From: the human T2T-CHM13v2.0 reference genome, Homo sapiens
DNA: 64,000 nt
NCBI RefSeq assembly: GCF_009914755.1
Contig: NC_060926.1
Strand: one strand, 5' to 3'
Positions 1 through 13,840 of the stretch are shown one piece after another (the stretch's first letter is position 1; each line of letters begins with the position of its first letter). Both the position numbers and the translations under genes were made by a program. The notes under the pieces were generated by a model. The model had not been told where the DNA came from. It made no database searches and saw only the letters and a list, made by a program, of their open reading frames with translations.

Positions 1-201
1 CAGGCAAGTAACACCTAGGGCCAACAGAAGCTGGAAGAGGCAAGAAAGAATTCTCCCTTAGGGCCTTTGGGGAGAGTGTGACCCTGCCAACACCTTGATT
101 TTGGACTTCTGGCCTCTAGAACTGTGAGAAAATAAATTTCTGTTGTGTTAAGCCACCTTGTTTGTGGTACTTCATTACAGCAGCACTAGGAAATTAATAC
201 A
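1..201 (+). mobile_element. MaLR LTR (MLT1C/D-like), 3' part, cut by the window edge
   Basis: Typical MLT1 3' end: ...ctgccaacaccttgattttggacttctggcctctagaactgtgagaaaataaatttctgttg...aagccacc...taataca. Confidence 0.85.
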
Positions 202-1837
202 GGGAGTATTGCCATCTAAGCTTAGTCATCTGATTCATGAACATAGTATGTTTTTCCATTTATGTAGCTCTTTAATTTCTTTAAACACATCTTCTAGTTT
301 TTAGCATGTAAGTTTTGTGCCATGATGTTGCTTCTCAAGGATTCAGCCTTGGGCATGCATACAGTCACCCTGAGATGACGATGGTGGCAGGGCTCTCCTT
401 CACTGTCTCTTTCACTGATCACACCCAGGTTTAAGCTCTGCTGATTGCTGATTGATTGCTCTCATTTTCAAAATGTCGTGGGGCATCAATTGTCTATTCA
501 GAGAATCAATTCAGTTTGGGCTCTTTTACGGGTATAGTTATAGACCTAGTGTACACCTAGCAGGTAGAGTTTTTTGAGATCAGTGTTTGCGCTTCATTCT
601 GACCCCAGGAGGGCTCTTCTTAGCTATTTCTGTTTCCTGTTCTCTCTGGTAAACCAGGCAGCCCACAGTTTAACTTATATCGCTAATCTACCAATTTCTT
701 CTTCATTGCTTTTACCACAGCCATAATTTTTTAGAGTACACCCTTAGGCTTGAACTTCTCCACACTGTATTACAAATTAAGTCAGTTCCTTAAGAAGAGA
801 TTAAGAGCTCTTGTTTTAAGGCTTGCTTATCTCCTGGGCTAAATCTCTATGGGCTAGGGACAGTGGTCATACTTTTCTCTAAGTGACACCCCCTTGTTAG
901 AAACTGCGCCCTTAGTGGAGGGGGTAGGCAGCAGCCCCCGGTCTCCTTGGTCTGCCTCTTTCAGGGTGGAACTCCTGTTGATGAGCTGGGGCAAGGGTGA
1001 TCAGGGCCCCACTTTTCTTGGCAGCACCACGCCCAAGGTAGAGCCTCCATCTTAGGAGTAGGGGCTGGGTGAAAGAAGGGGAACGTTCCCCGCCTCTGTC
1101 CACACTTGCTCAGAATTTAGCTTCAGCAACAGGTAGCTGGGAGCAAGAGGAGAAATCCAGACCTCTTTAGGAGTTGGGAGAGACGAAGTCCCGTGTTCTT
1201 GGCTATACCTATTGGGAATGGAATTTCTGTCTCCCTGAGCTGTGGGAGGGAGGTAGTGATTCTTGGTTTAAATACCGTAGCCTCTCACTGTTATTACTGA
1301 GTTGTTACAGATTTTCTTGAGTAAATCATGTGCTGTGTTGCCCTTAGAACCGTCTCCAGAGACTTTAAGTGATTGTCCTTTTTGCAAATTTTACCAGTTT
1401 TGCAGAGGGCAAGCAGGTCCACAGAGCTCCTCACGCTGACATGGCAGAAGCAGAACTCTGTGATATTTGGGTAAGAGTGTTTTAGCGATGTTCAGCAAAT
1501 AATGTGTAGGGAATGAAAAATGCATTATATAATAACAAGGTAAACATTCACAAAGACTTTCGTTTTACAAAGAATCATGACAGACTTAATCCTGCTTAAC
1601 AACTGAATTTTGTTTCTCAACCATTAAAAAATATTTGTGGACATAGGAGATGCAAATCATTTAGATGTGCTTATGTGTATCACCATTATGTCTGAATGTA
1701 TCTACCACGATTTTAAGAGGCATTATTTCTAGCACATTACAACCAATCTTCATTCTCTATCTTCCCAAAAGTAGAGGGATACAATGGGCAGTCCATTTTT
1801 CAGGAAAATGCTTAGATTTGTGATTTTGATTTCCTAG

Positions 1838-1930
1838 GTACAGAGCCAGATGGACTCCTTCGGACAAACTACAGTTCTGTGTTAACAAATGTTGGTGCTG
1901 CTCTGCATGGATTTCATGACGTTATGAAAG
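1838..1930 (+). CDS. PPP1R21: PPP1R21 internal coding exon, 93 nt, (G)TEPDGLLRTNYSSVLTNVGAALHGFHDVMK(D)
   Basis: ttcctag| acceptor, AAG|gtaggc donor, phase 1/1; joins the next exon in frame; peptide recognised as PPP1R21. Confidence 0.93.
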
Positions 1931-2908
1931 GTAGGCCTTGAAAAAGAACGTAAGCTTAAAACCTTTGCCCCACTTTCTTCGATCTGCCTGAATAAGATTT
2001 AAACAAACACTGCCAAGGGTAATAGACCCCAGATAAAGGCTTATTAGCATTTGGCTTATGTTGAGTGCACAGCTCACTGCCTTCTGCTTTTCCCATCTGT
2101 TTTATTTCTGGAGGTAAACAAAGTGCTGAAGAGAAATCCTTGTGTACAGTCCTTGTGTACAGTACTTTAGCCAGAAATACGTTACACTGACTTTAGGCAG
2201 GTGTGTGAATTGTACAAAACCAGACATGCTATTCAGAGGCCTTTTGCAAAATACGTTGCGCTTCTTAGAGCCCAAGCACAAAGGAATTGAGGAAACCAAG
2301 GCTTCAAGTCCCCAGAAGGAATACACTAACTTTCCACCATCCTGTGCATTTTAATATTTTAAATGCCTTTTAAAGTCCTGTCTTGTTGGGCATAGCCTTA
2401 AGAAATGAAAGTCTGGTTTTGCATTTTGGTCAGTTTTCAATTGCTTCTGTGCTCCTAAAAATGTAGTCTGCTGAAAGGCCGAGGGGAACCTTTTATTTCA
2501 TATGCTTCTTAGCGTGTGATTCTGAGTCCTGACTAATCTACAACTTTGCAATTGCTTCTAGGTTTTTTTTCCCTTTCTTTTCCTTTTAGAGACTGTTGGG
2601 GTAGGGAAAGCAGGGGAAGGAGGAGACGGGCAGGAGCAATCTATTAAGGACTATTGGAAATAGTCCAGGTGCCTGGATGATTCATTGTTTTTAGTTAACA
2701 ATTAGTGACCAATTACTAATTGCACAGAGAATAATTTTTAAAAACCTAAAGCTGTGTTTCATAACATGGATAAGAGGCATATATTGGGGGACCTAATCTG
2801 TGGCACTGGGATTCATTCTTAGTCTCAGCAGTGTTACCAAGCACCAGTTTACCATTCAGTCTACGGTATGGGCCTTTCTGTGGCTTGTATTCAATTATAA
2901 GGAACTTT

Positions 2909-3209
<301 letters not shown>

Positions 3210-3508
3210 TAAGGAACTTTGAAAGTCACTGTACTTACAGAATTAGCCTTGGTTTCAGAAATCACAACTTGGATAGGCAGTATGGGTGGCAGTTAACAAT
3301 ATTCAACTCCAGTCCTGCAGAATTTAGTTTGGTCTATAGAAAAATCCAAGAGATGGTGCTTTTTTCCTGTGCGGCTTTTGGTTTGAGGAGCTAAGACTTA
3401 GTCGTAGTCCTCTCTTCCAGAACTTTACTTAACGTAGAACCAGTTTGAAACCACAAGTACCTCTGTGGCTACAAGTTTTTTAGTTTTGTTTTAAAATTTT
3501 TCCTCTGC

Positions 3509-3660
3509 TGGCTGGGTGCAATAGCTGACGCTTATAATCCCAGCATTTTGGGAAGCTGAGTGGGAAGATCACTTGAGCCCAAGAATTTGAGACTAGCCTG
3601 GGCAACATAGGGAGACCCTGTCTCTACAAAATGAAACAATAAAATAAAAAAAAAATAAAT
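3509..3660 (+). mobile_element. FLAM/Alu monomer
   Basis: ggctgggtgc...gagaccctgtctctac followed by an A-rich tail. Confidence 0.85.
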
Positions 3661-3675
3661 TTTCTTATGCTAATA

Positions 3676-4030
3676 CAGGTTGAGCATTCTTAATACGGTA
3701 ATCTGAAATCCAAAATGCTTCAAAATCTTAAGCTTTTCAAGTGCCATCATGACACCATAAGTGGAAAATTCCGCACTTGCCCTCACGTGACATGATAAAG
3801 TTGCAGTCAAAACTTAGTTTCATGCACAAAATTATTAAAAGTATCGTACAAAATTACCTTCAGGCTATATGTATAAGGTATATATGAAACATAAATGAAT
3901 TTCTTATTTAGACTTGGATCCTGTCCCCAAGATACCTTCTTATGTATATGCGAATATTCCAAAATCTGAAGAAATCTGAAGTCCAAAACACTGCTGGTCC
4001 TAAGCTTTTTGGATAAGGGATTCTTAATCT
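3676..4030 (+). mobile_element. Tigger4b-like (TcMar-Tigger) non-autonomous DNA transposon
   Basis: Begins ta|caggttgagcat..., ends ...ggataagggattcttaatct; internal aaatccaaaatgct and gtggaaaattcc motifs. Confidence 0.8.
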
Positions 4031-4140
4031 ATTGGTTGATAGGTTGGTCTCAGTGTAAACAGAGGGATTTATAAAAATATGTATCCTACATGGAATTAAA
4101 ACAGGAGTGACTCAATTATTTAACAAGTGGCATTTTGTTT

Positions 4141-4558
4141 TGTAAAAGAGGAGTATATGTAAAGTCACCTCCAAATGTTAAAGGAGCTGAGAAACCAAAG
4201 AAGGAGGCAGACAAATCCACTTTGTTGGTATAGGGTGATTTATTGGGGTATCTTATAGACAGAAGAATGGTCTTGGGGCAGTCATAAGACGGGAAGGTCT
4301 TAGTACTGCAACCTCCCAGACCCAGAGCTTATATCTTGAGGGAAAAGTACATGTGCTCTGGAAGGAATGTGTAAGTGGGTATAGCATCACAGCCTATGAT
4401 TTTTTATAACAGTATCAAGGGTTGTTTTGAAGGAAACTTATTGTGAATACATGTTTTTATATAAAGAGTAATATATCATCTAGACATTTTGGAGGTATTC
4501 CCAGATTCAGGGTCAGCCAGAAGTTACATGGCAGATTAGCATTTAAAATAAAGACACT
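4141..4558 (-). mobile_element. ERV1 (MER4-group-like) solo LTR, copy 1
   Basis: On the - strand: TATA (gatataag), AATAAA and a CA end; reverse complement of the LTR at 5658-6233. Confidence 0.75.
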
Positions 4559-5085
4559 GTTTTTTTTTTTTTTTTTTAGGATGTCTACTTTATTCTAAAG
4601 TGACTATAGTCTGTAGTTGTAATTATGAAAATATATAGACCAACGTTTCCCAAAGTTTAGTGTGTATACACATCATCAGATGACTTTTTTTTCCCCTCAA
4701 CTTTTAAGTTCAGGGGTAAATGTGCAGGATGTGCAGGTTTGTTACATAGTTAAATGTGTGCCATAGTGATTAGCTGCACAGATCATCCCATCAACTAGAT
4801 AGTAAGCCCAGCATCCATTTGCCATTCTTCCTGATGCTATCCCTCCTCCCATCCCCCACCCTCCATCAGGCTCCAGTGTGTCTTGTTCCTTGGCATGTGT
4901 CCATGTGTTCTCATCATTCAGCTTCCATTGACAAGTGAGAACATGCAGTATTTGATTTTCTGTTTCTGCGTTAGTTTGCTGAAGATAATGGCTTCTGGCT
5001 CCATCCATGTACCTGCAAAGGACATGATCTCGTTCCTTTTTATGGCTGCATAGTGTTCTATGACGTATACGTACTACATTTTCTA
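4559..5085 (-). mobile_element. 5'-truncated L1PA (about L1PA8-13) 3' end with ~105-bp 3' extension and poly(A)
   Basis: L1 3'UTR 4693-5083; second poly-T 4560-4577; TSD taaaataaagacact (4544-4558) / taaaataaagatact (5086-5100). Confidence 0.85.
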
Positions 5086-5100
5086 TAAAATAAAGATACT

Positions 5101-5396
5101 TTTTTTTCCTTTTTTTTTTTTTTTTTTTTTTTTTGAGACAAGTCTCACTCTGTCACCCAGGCTGGAGTGCAGTGCAACCTTTCCCTCCCAGGTTCAAGCG
5201 ATTCTCCTGCCTCAGCCTCCTGAGTAGCTGGGACTACAGGTGTGCGTCACCATGCCGGCTAATTTTTTTGTATTTTAAATAGAGACAGGGTTTCGCCATG
5301 TTGGCCAGGCTGGTCTCGAACTCCTGACCTCAAGTGATCCGCCTGCCTCGGCCTCTCAAAGTTTTGGGATTATAGGCGTGAGCCACTGCACCTGGC
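5101..5396 (-). mobile_element. AluS SINE
   Basis: Poly-T followed by Alu body. Confidence 0.9.
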
Positions 5397-5657
5397 CCAA
5401 TGTCAAAATCCTAAAATTCACAGGAAACCATAAAAGGGGCCTGAATAGCCAAAGCAAACAGCACAAAGCATAAAGCTAGAGGCATCACGTTAACTGACTT
5501 GTACTGCTTTATAAGCTCATTTAGCAAAGTAGTGCACATAGTATTTTACCCTTCTCTACCCTGTTCCTTGTAATGCACAATGAGAAACAGAACAGAGTAC
5601 ACATTGTTCCAACCCAAGTGCTGGGATTACAAGCGTGAGGTACCGCGCCTGGCCAAG

Positions 5658-6233
5658 AGTGTCTTTATTTTAAATGCTAATCCACCATGTAACTTCTGAC
5701 TAACCCTGAGTCTGGGAATGCCTCCAAAATGTCAATTTAGTGTATTACTCTTTCTTATTTTTAATTTTTTAAATTTCTTTTTTATAGAGGTGGGGTCCTT
5801 CTATATTTCCCAGGCTGGTCTCAAACTCCTGGACTCAAGTGATCCTTCTGCTTCGGTCTCCCAAAGTGCTGGGATTACATGCATGAACTACCGTGCCCAG
5901 CCTAATGTATTACTCTTTATATAGGAATACCTATTCACTGTAAGATTCCTTCAAAACAAACTTTGACGCCATAACAAAAATCATAGGCTGTGACTCCTGT
6001 AGCCACCCACACATTCCTTTCAGAACACGCATACTTTTTCCCCAAGATATAAGCCCTGCGTTTGGGGGTTTGCCATGCAGAGATCTGTTTTGCAGCCACC
6101 CAAGACCATGCTTGTGTCTGTAAGTTCCTCCTAATAAATCATCCTATACCAATAAACTGGATTTGCCTGCTTCCTTCTTTGATTTCTTGGCTCCTTCAGC
6201 ATTTGGGGGTCGTGTTGCAAATACAGCCCTTTC
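5658..6233 (+). mobile_element. ERV1 (MER4-group-like) solo LTR, copy 2, interrupted by a FLAM monomer (5754-5902, - strand)
   Basis: gatataag TATA, aataaa, ends ccctttca; FLAM flanked by TSD tgtattactcttt (5741-5753, 5906-5918). Confidence 0.75.
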
Positions 6234-6429
6234 AAGGAGCATATTCTAAGTGAGAATTGTTTGATCTTTAGTCTCAGAGGTCTGAAGTTGGTAGACTCAT
6301 GGGAAACATAAAAGGAAAAATAAATCTATGGTCTAAGTCACATGATTCTTTTGTACATTTTGGAGTTAAAATTTAATGTCAAGAAACACTCTAAATAATT
6401 AAAATCTTTGGACTAAATAAAGAATAAAC

Positions 6430-6728
6430 TTTTTTTTTTTTTTTTTCTGGACTGATTCTTGCTCTGTTGCCCAGGCTGGACTGCAGTGGCATGATCTTGG
6501 CTCACTGCAACCTCCCACTCTTGGGTTTAAGCAATTCTTATGCCTCTAGCACCTGAGTAGCTGGGATTACAGGCACATGCCACTACACCCAGCAATTTTT
6601 GTATTTTTAGTAGACACGGGGTTTTGCCATGTTGGCCAGGCTGGTCTTGAACTCCTGGCCTCCAGTGATCTGCCCACGTCGGTCTCCCAAAGTGCTAGAT
6701 TACAGGCATGAGCCACTGCATCCTGCCA
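6430..6728 (-). mobile_element. Alu SINE
   Basis: Poly-T plus dimer; degenerate TSD aagaataaac/aagagtaaac. Confidence 0.9.
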
Positions 6729-6966
6729 AGAGTAAACATTTTGATTGTGAGAATGACTATAATCAAGCTACAATAGCATTGTTCTTAGTATTGTACTTTT
6801 TTCATGAGTACCTCAATTACCATCAACCAAGATTGCTTACCAACCAAATTGTATTATTATAACATTGTATATACTTCCAGTGAAATACTGAATAAAACTG
6901 TCTGTGATGTGTAGAAAGAAAATGTCTGTTAGGGATGAGCAAGTTCAGTATACAAAAAGCATTCAG

Positions 6967-7231
6967 TACTTACAGACTGTTGGTGGGAATGTAAATTAGT
7001 TCAACCCCTATGGAAAGCAGTATGGAGATTTCTCTCATTTTTAGAGTTCTGAAAATAGAATTACCATTCGACCCAGCAATACCCACTACTGGGTATTAAC
7101 AATCCCACTACTATGTTCACCATTTGGGTGATGGGCTCAATAGAAGCCCAAACCCCAGTATTACACAATATGCCCGCATAACAAACCTGCACATAAACTC
7201 CCTGCCTCTAAAATAAAATGTAAAAAAAAAA
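6967..7231 (+). mobile_element. L1PB-like 3' fragment with internal deletion
   Basis: L1 late-ORF2/3'UTR piece fused to the L1PB terminus and poly(A); TSD acaaaaagcattcag at 6952-6966 and 7232-7246. Confidence 0.8.
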
Positions 7232-7756
7232 ACAAAAAGCATTCAGCATCCTAATTGAATTTTTATACACTTGGACATCTTATGACTATGTTGAGCATAA
7301 TCATTTCTTTTCAAAAATATATTGAATGTAATAGTAATTTGCCAATTGGTTGGTTCCTTTTCTGTGACAACTGTACCATAGTAATATGTTAACAGTAGGA
7401 AAAATTGGCTAAAGGGTGTAATGAAACTCCATACCTTTTCTATAAGTCTAAAACTATCCTAAATCAAAGACGTATTTATTACAAGTGTATATAAATATAG
7501 GAATATATTAATAATTTTTAAATTCCCTAGTTTTAAAATGTTAGTGAAAATAATCTCATTCATGGACCATAGTAATTTTGAGTTAAAACATCATGATCAC
7601 TTCAGGTTAAATCTCAAATACTATTTCTTTTCAAATAGTCTTATTTCCTCCATTAATTATCTATAGTCTAAAACAATCAACAAAATTTCTTGATTCTAAA
7701 TTAATGAAATTGTTTGTACAGAATTGCTATAAAAATTTTCATGTTTTGTGATTGAC

Positions 7757-7920
7757 ATATATATAGTTGTATATATTAACTAATATATACAATTGTATAT
7801 ACTAACTAATATATACAATTGTATATACTATATATAATTGTATTATATATAGTTTTATATATTATATTAATATATACAATTATATATAATATAATTAATA
7901 CATATGTGTATATATGTATA
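7757..7920. repeat. AT-rich low-complexity/palindromic repeat
   Basis: (TA)n-derived tract; 26-bp unit taactaatatatacaattgtatatac x2 at 7777-7828. Confidence 0.9.
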
Positions 7921-8191
7921 CCTCTTCTATGCTTTCCTAACCACAGGCCTTTATTGTACTATTCTTGGACTGGAGACAGTTGCATAGGAAGTCAGGCACT
8001 GGGGCGTCCAATCCGTATTTGGCTGTGCAGATACTTCTCATTGCTAGTTAGGGTGTGCACTAGGAAACTAGCTATAGCCCAGTAAGGACTGTGAGACAGT
8101 GTGGTTGTGTTGGCTATTCCTTTCCAGCCTGGTGGGTTGTTTATATAAATACAAGATAATTTCTCCTCAATGCCTGTTACACTATCAAAAC

Positions 8192-8233
8192 AGTGGTTTT
8201 TAACTGGTAAATAGTGGTTTTTAACTGGTAAAT
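8192..8233. repeat. Perfect 21-bp tandem duplication
   Basis: agtggtttttaactggtaaat x2. Confidence 0.95.
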
Positions 8234-8518
8234 ACAGGATCATTTACCCAATGTTAGAATTAATACTCCGACGAGGAAATCTTGGTGGCTGTAGTAAAGA
8301 TAGCCAAGATGGTGTTCAGAGATCCTTACTTCTCTCTGTTCTTTCCATGTAGATTTGTGACCTAATTGATACTCAGTGCAATCCTGACACTTGAGACCAT
8401 TCTTTGTCAAATTTACTTTATAAATTTAGAAGAATAGATAGGAGAAGTGAATGGGCTGGTTATCTGTATGTGACTTATATATAGATAATAATGAATTTTC
8501 ATGTAATTGCTTTTATAG

Positions 8519-8646
8519 ATATTTCCAAACATTATAGTCAAAAAGCTGCAATAGAGCATGAACTTCCAACAGCAACACAGAAGCTGATAACAACTAATGA
8601 CTGTATCCTGTCATCAGTAGTGGCATTAACAAATGGAGCAGGAAAG
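8519..8646 (+). CDS. PPP1R21: PPP1R21 coding exon, 128 nt, DISKHYSQKAAIEHELPTATQKLITTNDCILSSVVALTNGAGK
   Basis: ttttatag| acceptor, AAG|gtaatt donor; frame matches ORF 8491..8730. Confidence 0.95.
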
Positions 8647-9368
8647 GTAATTCTCTTCTGGCGTATATTGATGTTAAAACTCTTAAATATGTGCTTTTTT
8701 TCTGAGGGACATAGGAAAATGGATCTGTAAAAGGATTTTGTAATATAAGGGTTTACTGTAAAATAAAGTTGTCTCTCTTTCCTCTGCTTCCTACCCAGTA
8801 TGTACTCTGACTTATTATTTTAAGAGAGGGATCTCTCGCTATGTTGCCAGGCTTGACTCAAACTCCTGGACTCAGGGGAGTCTCCTGGGTGGCGGGGACT
8901 ATGGGCACATGCACTGCATGCTGCTTTCCTACCTAATGTTTAAAGCAATGTGACAGTGACTGTTTAGCATTTGTCTTGGATGTGTAGATCACTCCCTGTT
9001 TATGTTTTAATGCAATATTGGATGATTAGAAGATTCTAGGTAGTCTCAATATAGATCGTTGTGTATATGAAGGGTCTGCCATATAGAACACTGGGAACAT
9101 ACAAAAAAAGAAAACAAACCCACCACAATATACGTTCCATTAATACTTTGGGTTTTTTCCTTCTAGTGTTTTTGTATGTTTCTTTTTTGGTAATACTTGT
9201 GATAATACTACCTCTGTGGTTTTGTATCTAAACAAGTACTTTGAAGTGACTTCAACATGTGTCTTTTCGTTGAACCTTTAATAGTAGGTCATGATCGTCT
9301 GGATCATTAAATACTTAATTTTCACTATAAACTAACTAAAGTGCAGTTTCTTTAAGAATCCTTTGATA

Positions 9369-9777
<409 letters not shown>

Positions 9778-10051
9778 CTACATGTATAAAACCAAAAGGA
9801 CTGTATTCAGAACTATCTTAGCCCATTTATTGCAGCAGACTCAGCATGACTTCCAAAGGAAATGCTTATCTCTGTGTCTGTCTTTATATACTATTCTGCT
9901 TCTGACAGGTTAACCATAATAGGAACAAATATTCTTCAAGTGATTTGCAGTAGTCAGAAATGATCATAGATCATGTTAGACATTTCAGTGTCATATTTCC
10001 AAAGTTGGACTGGCTTTGTGACCACTTGCTATAGCTTGGGGTCATGATTAA

Positions 10052-10488
<437 letters not shown>

Positions 10489-11137
10489 AGAACTCTGAAA
10501 TAATTAAATACTTGCATACGTCATAGTTTATTTTAGCTTTACTTTGCCTGAAACCGTAAAATGTCATCTCAAGGAAAGATATCTGATCTTCACTCTGGAA
10601 TTTTAATAAATGGTTTTCAACCAAAATATTTGAACTAATGTTAGTTGGTATCAGCTTAATATTAAATACTTAGCTGATATGATTTGATTAACCTAATTTT
10701 ACAGTTTGTAATTTCCATTAAGAACCCAGTAGGAAAGTGTAGTATATTCATATTAAAGAAAGTTTGGAAAATGTAGAAATATTAGAAAAAAGAAAAGAAA
10801 CCTCACAATGTACTACCATGATCCAAATGCAAACACTGTGTGAATCCATGTCATTCACAAGGACTATATATAGCTCAAGATTTTTGGTATCCTTACTTTA
10901 CTGAATACTACCTAACGTAGAATTTCATTTGATATAGTAAAATATCAGTGAAAAATATAACCTTTCAGACCATTAGTGATTAACTTTTGACCAATTTTTG
11001 CCAAAGTAGAATACTCTGTTTTACAGATTACTTTTTAAAATTTATCAAAATACAATATTCTTTAATGTATACAAGACTGTAACTTTTCTGGCTAAAGCAT
11101 TTAGCCAGACATTTTTATTTATATCAGCATTTCATAT

Positions 11138-12307
<1,170 letters not shown>

Positions 12308-12904
12308 TGCCACAGATTCAAAATCATGGCTTTGAAAGTGATAGATCTTTGTGGCTGCTTACATAGAGTTAACAAATGTTAAATCTGTAAATAACAGTCC
12401 ACTGAATTTTCAGTCTTTTTTTTCTATATTTGTAATTTTTAAATTGAGATTTATAGAATTAAATTTAAATGGAAGTTGCATATTCAAGATACTATGTTAT
12501 ATCTTCTGTTAGAATATGAAATATTCAAAGTTAAAATATGGAATCTAGAAATCCAAACATGGATATTTTGAGAACAGTGGCAGAAATCAATGAGGTAAAG
12601 AGCTCATGAAAGTCACCTACAGAATAAATGAGTATCAGTCTTGGTTTTCAGGAAGAATAGAAATTGTCTAGAAAAGGACATGTCAGAAATTTGTTCTGAC
12701 TATTTATACTGGTGTCCTCTTTTTATTATAAACCATTGCCTAGGTATTCTCAAATAAATAAATGTGGACTTTGGGGCAGGTGTTGAAATTTCATTTCCAT
12801 TTCCATTCTCAACATCTTTAAACTTTGCTGCAAAAACTATTAGATATATATTTTAGATATATTGTTGGAAAACAAAATCTATTTCCTTGTCATACTTTGT
12901 TTAG

Positions 12905-13057
12905 ATTGCATCCTTCTTCAGCAACAATTTGGACTACTTCATTGCTTCACTGAGCTATGGACCTAAGGCAGCGAGTGGATTCATTAGTCCTCTTTCAGCT
13001 GAATGCATGCTACAGTATAAGAAAAAAGCTGCTGCCTATATGAAGTCTTTGAGAAAG
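12905..13057 (+). CDS. PPP1R21: PPP1R21 coding exon, 153 nt, IASFFSNNLDYFIASLSYGPKAASGFISPLSAECMLQYKKKAAAYMKSLRK
   Basis: tgtttag| acceptor, AAG|gtttgt donor, phase 0/0, open frame. Confidence 0.95.
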
Positions 13058-13776
13058 GTTTGTTAGCTGCTGTTAATATTTAAATCAGAGGAAACATCAG
13101 GAGTCATTCTAGAGAATGGCAAGAGTTTTTCTGCAGTTTATATTGTTGACTTTTTATACGATATTGGGGTACAGGTTGTTGGTGGGTGTTGGGGGAGGGC
13201 TGTGGGGAAGAGGAGGTGACAGGACCCAGACTTTACCTGAGAAGCAGCGTTGCCTATATTCGTAGGCCATGTTGGACTCATGTCCCAAGTGCCTGATAGA
13301 GCGCCTGGGGTGAGGTAGCCAGCCAAACAGTAAATATTGAACTTCAGAGACTCTTAAACTTGTAGAAACAGAAAAAAAAGAAATATGTGTATGACTTTTT
13401 TCTGAATAAGAATATGCAGTTGTTGCAAAAAAAAGGAAAAAAAAAGAGAAGATACTGCAGTATATTAAGAAGAAAATTGTGGTCACCTGTAATCCTACCA
13501 CCCAAATGTAGCTATAATTGACTTTTTTAGAAAACAATATATTTATATCCAAAAAATGTTATTATATGTTTGAGTGCACATGCACACACATACTATAAAA
13601 AGCAGAATGTATTTAGGTGCATGTACTGTTTTAGAATATTTTTTTCTCTTAATGCATTGAGGATATATTTATATATATCTCAAAAATTGTATCTATAAAA
13701 TACATGACTCAAGGGACATCATTAAAAAAGAATGAAAGAAATAGGAATAATAAAATATAAAATATAAATTACTATG

Positions 13777-13840
13777 TTTTTATTTTTTAGCTGCTCCTTG
13801 GGGAGCAGGACTACTTATAGACAGTGCACCCAGAGCTGCC
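13777..13840 (-). mobile_element. Short A-tailed hairpin element, possibly a retrocopy of an ERV1 LTR R-region RNA
   Basis: - strand GGCAGCTCTGGGTGCACTGTCTATAAGTAGTCCTGCTCCCCAAGGAGCAG plus A-rich tail; related to 50710-50754. Confidence 0.55.

Noticed and set aside
330-1460. Possible regulatory island with a CTCF-like ccactaagggcgc (- strand, ~906-918)
   Set aside because: The region looks like a degraded ancient L1 5' end and the motif spacing is off; too weak to call
8491-8730. ORFs 8491..8730, 20371..20640 and 29144..29416 as stand-alone genes
   Set aside because: They are PPP1R21 exons read through into intron; true boundaries are given by the splice sites
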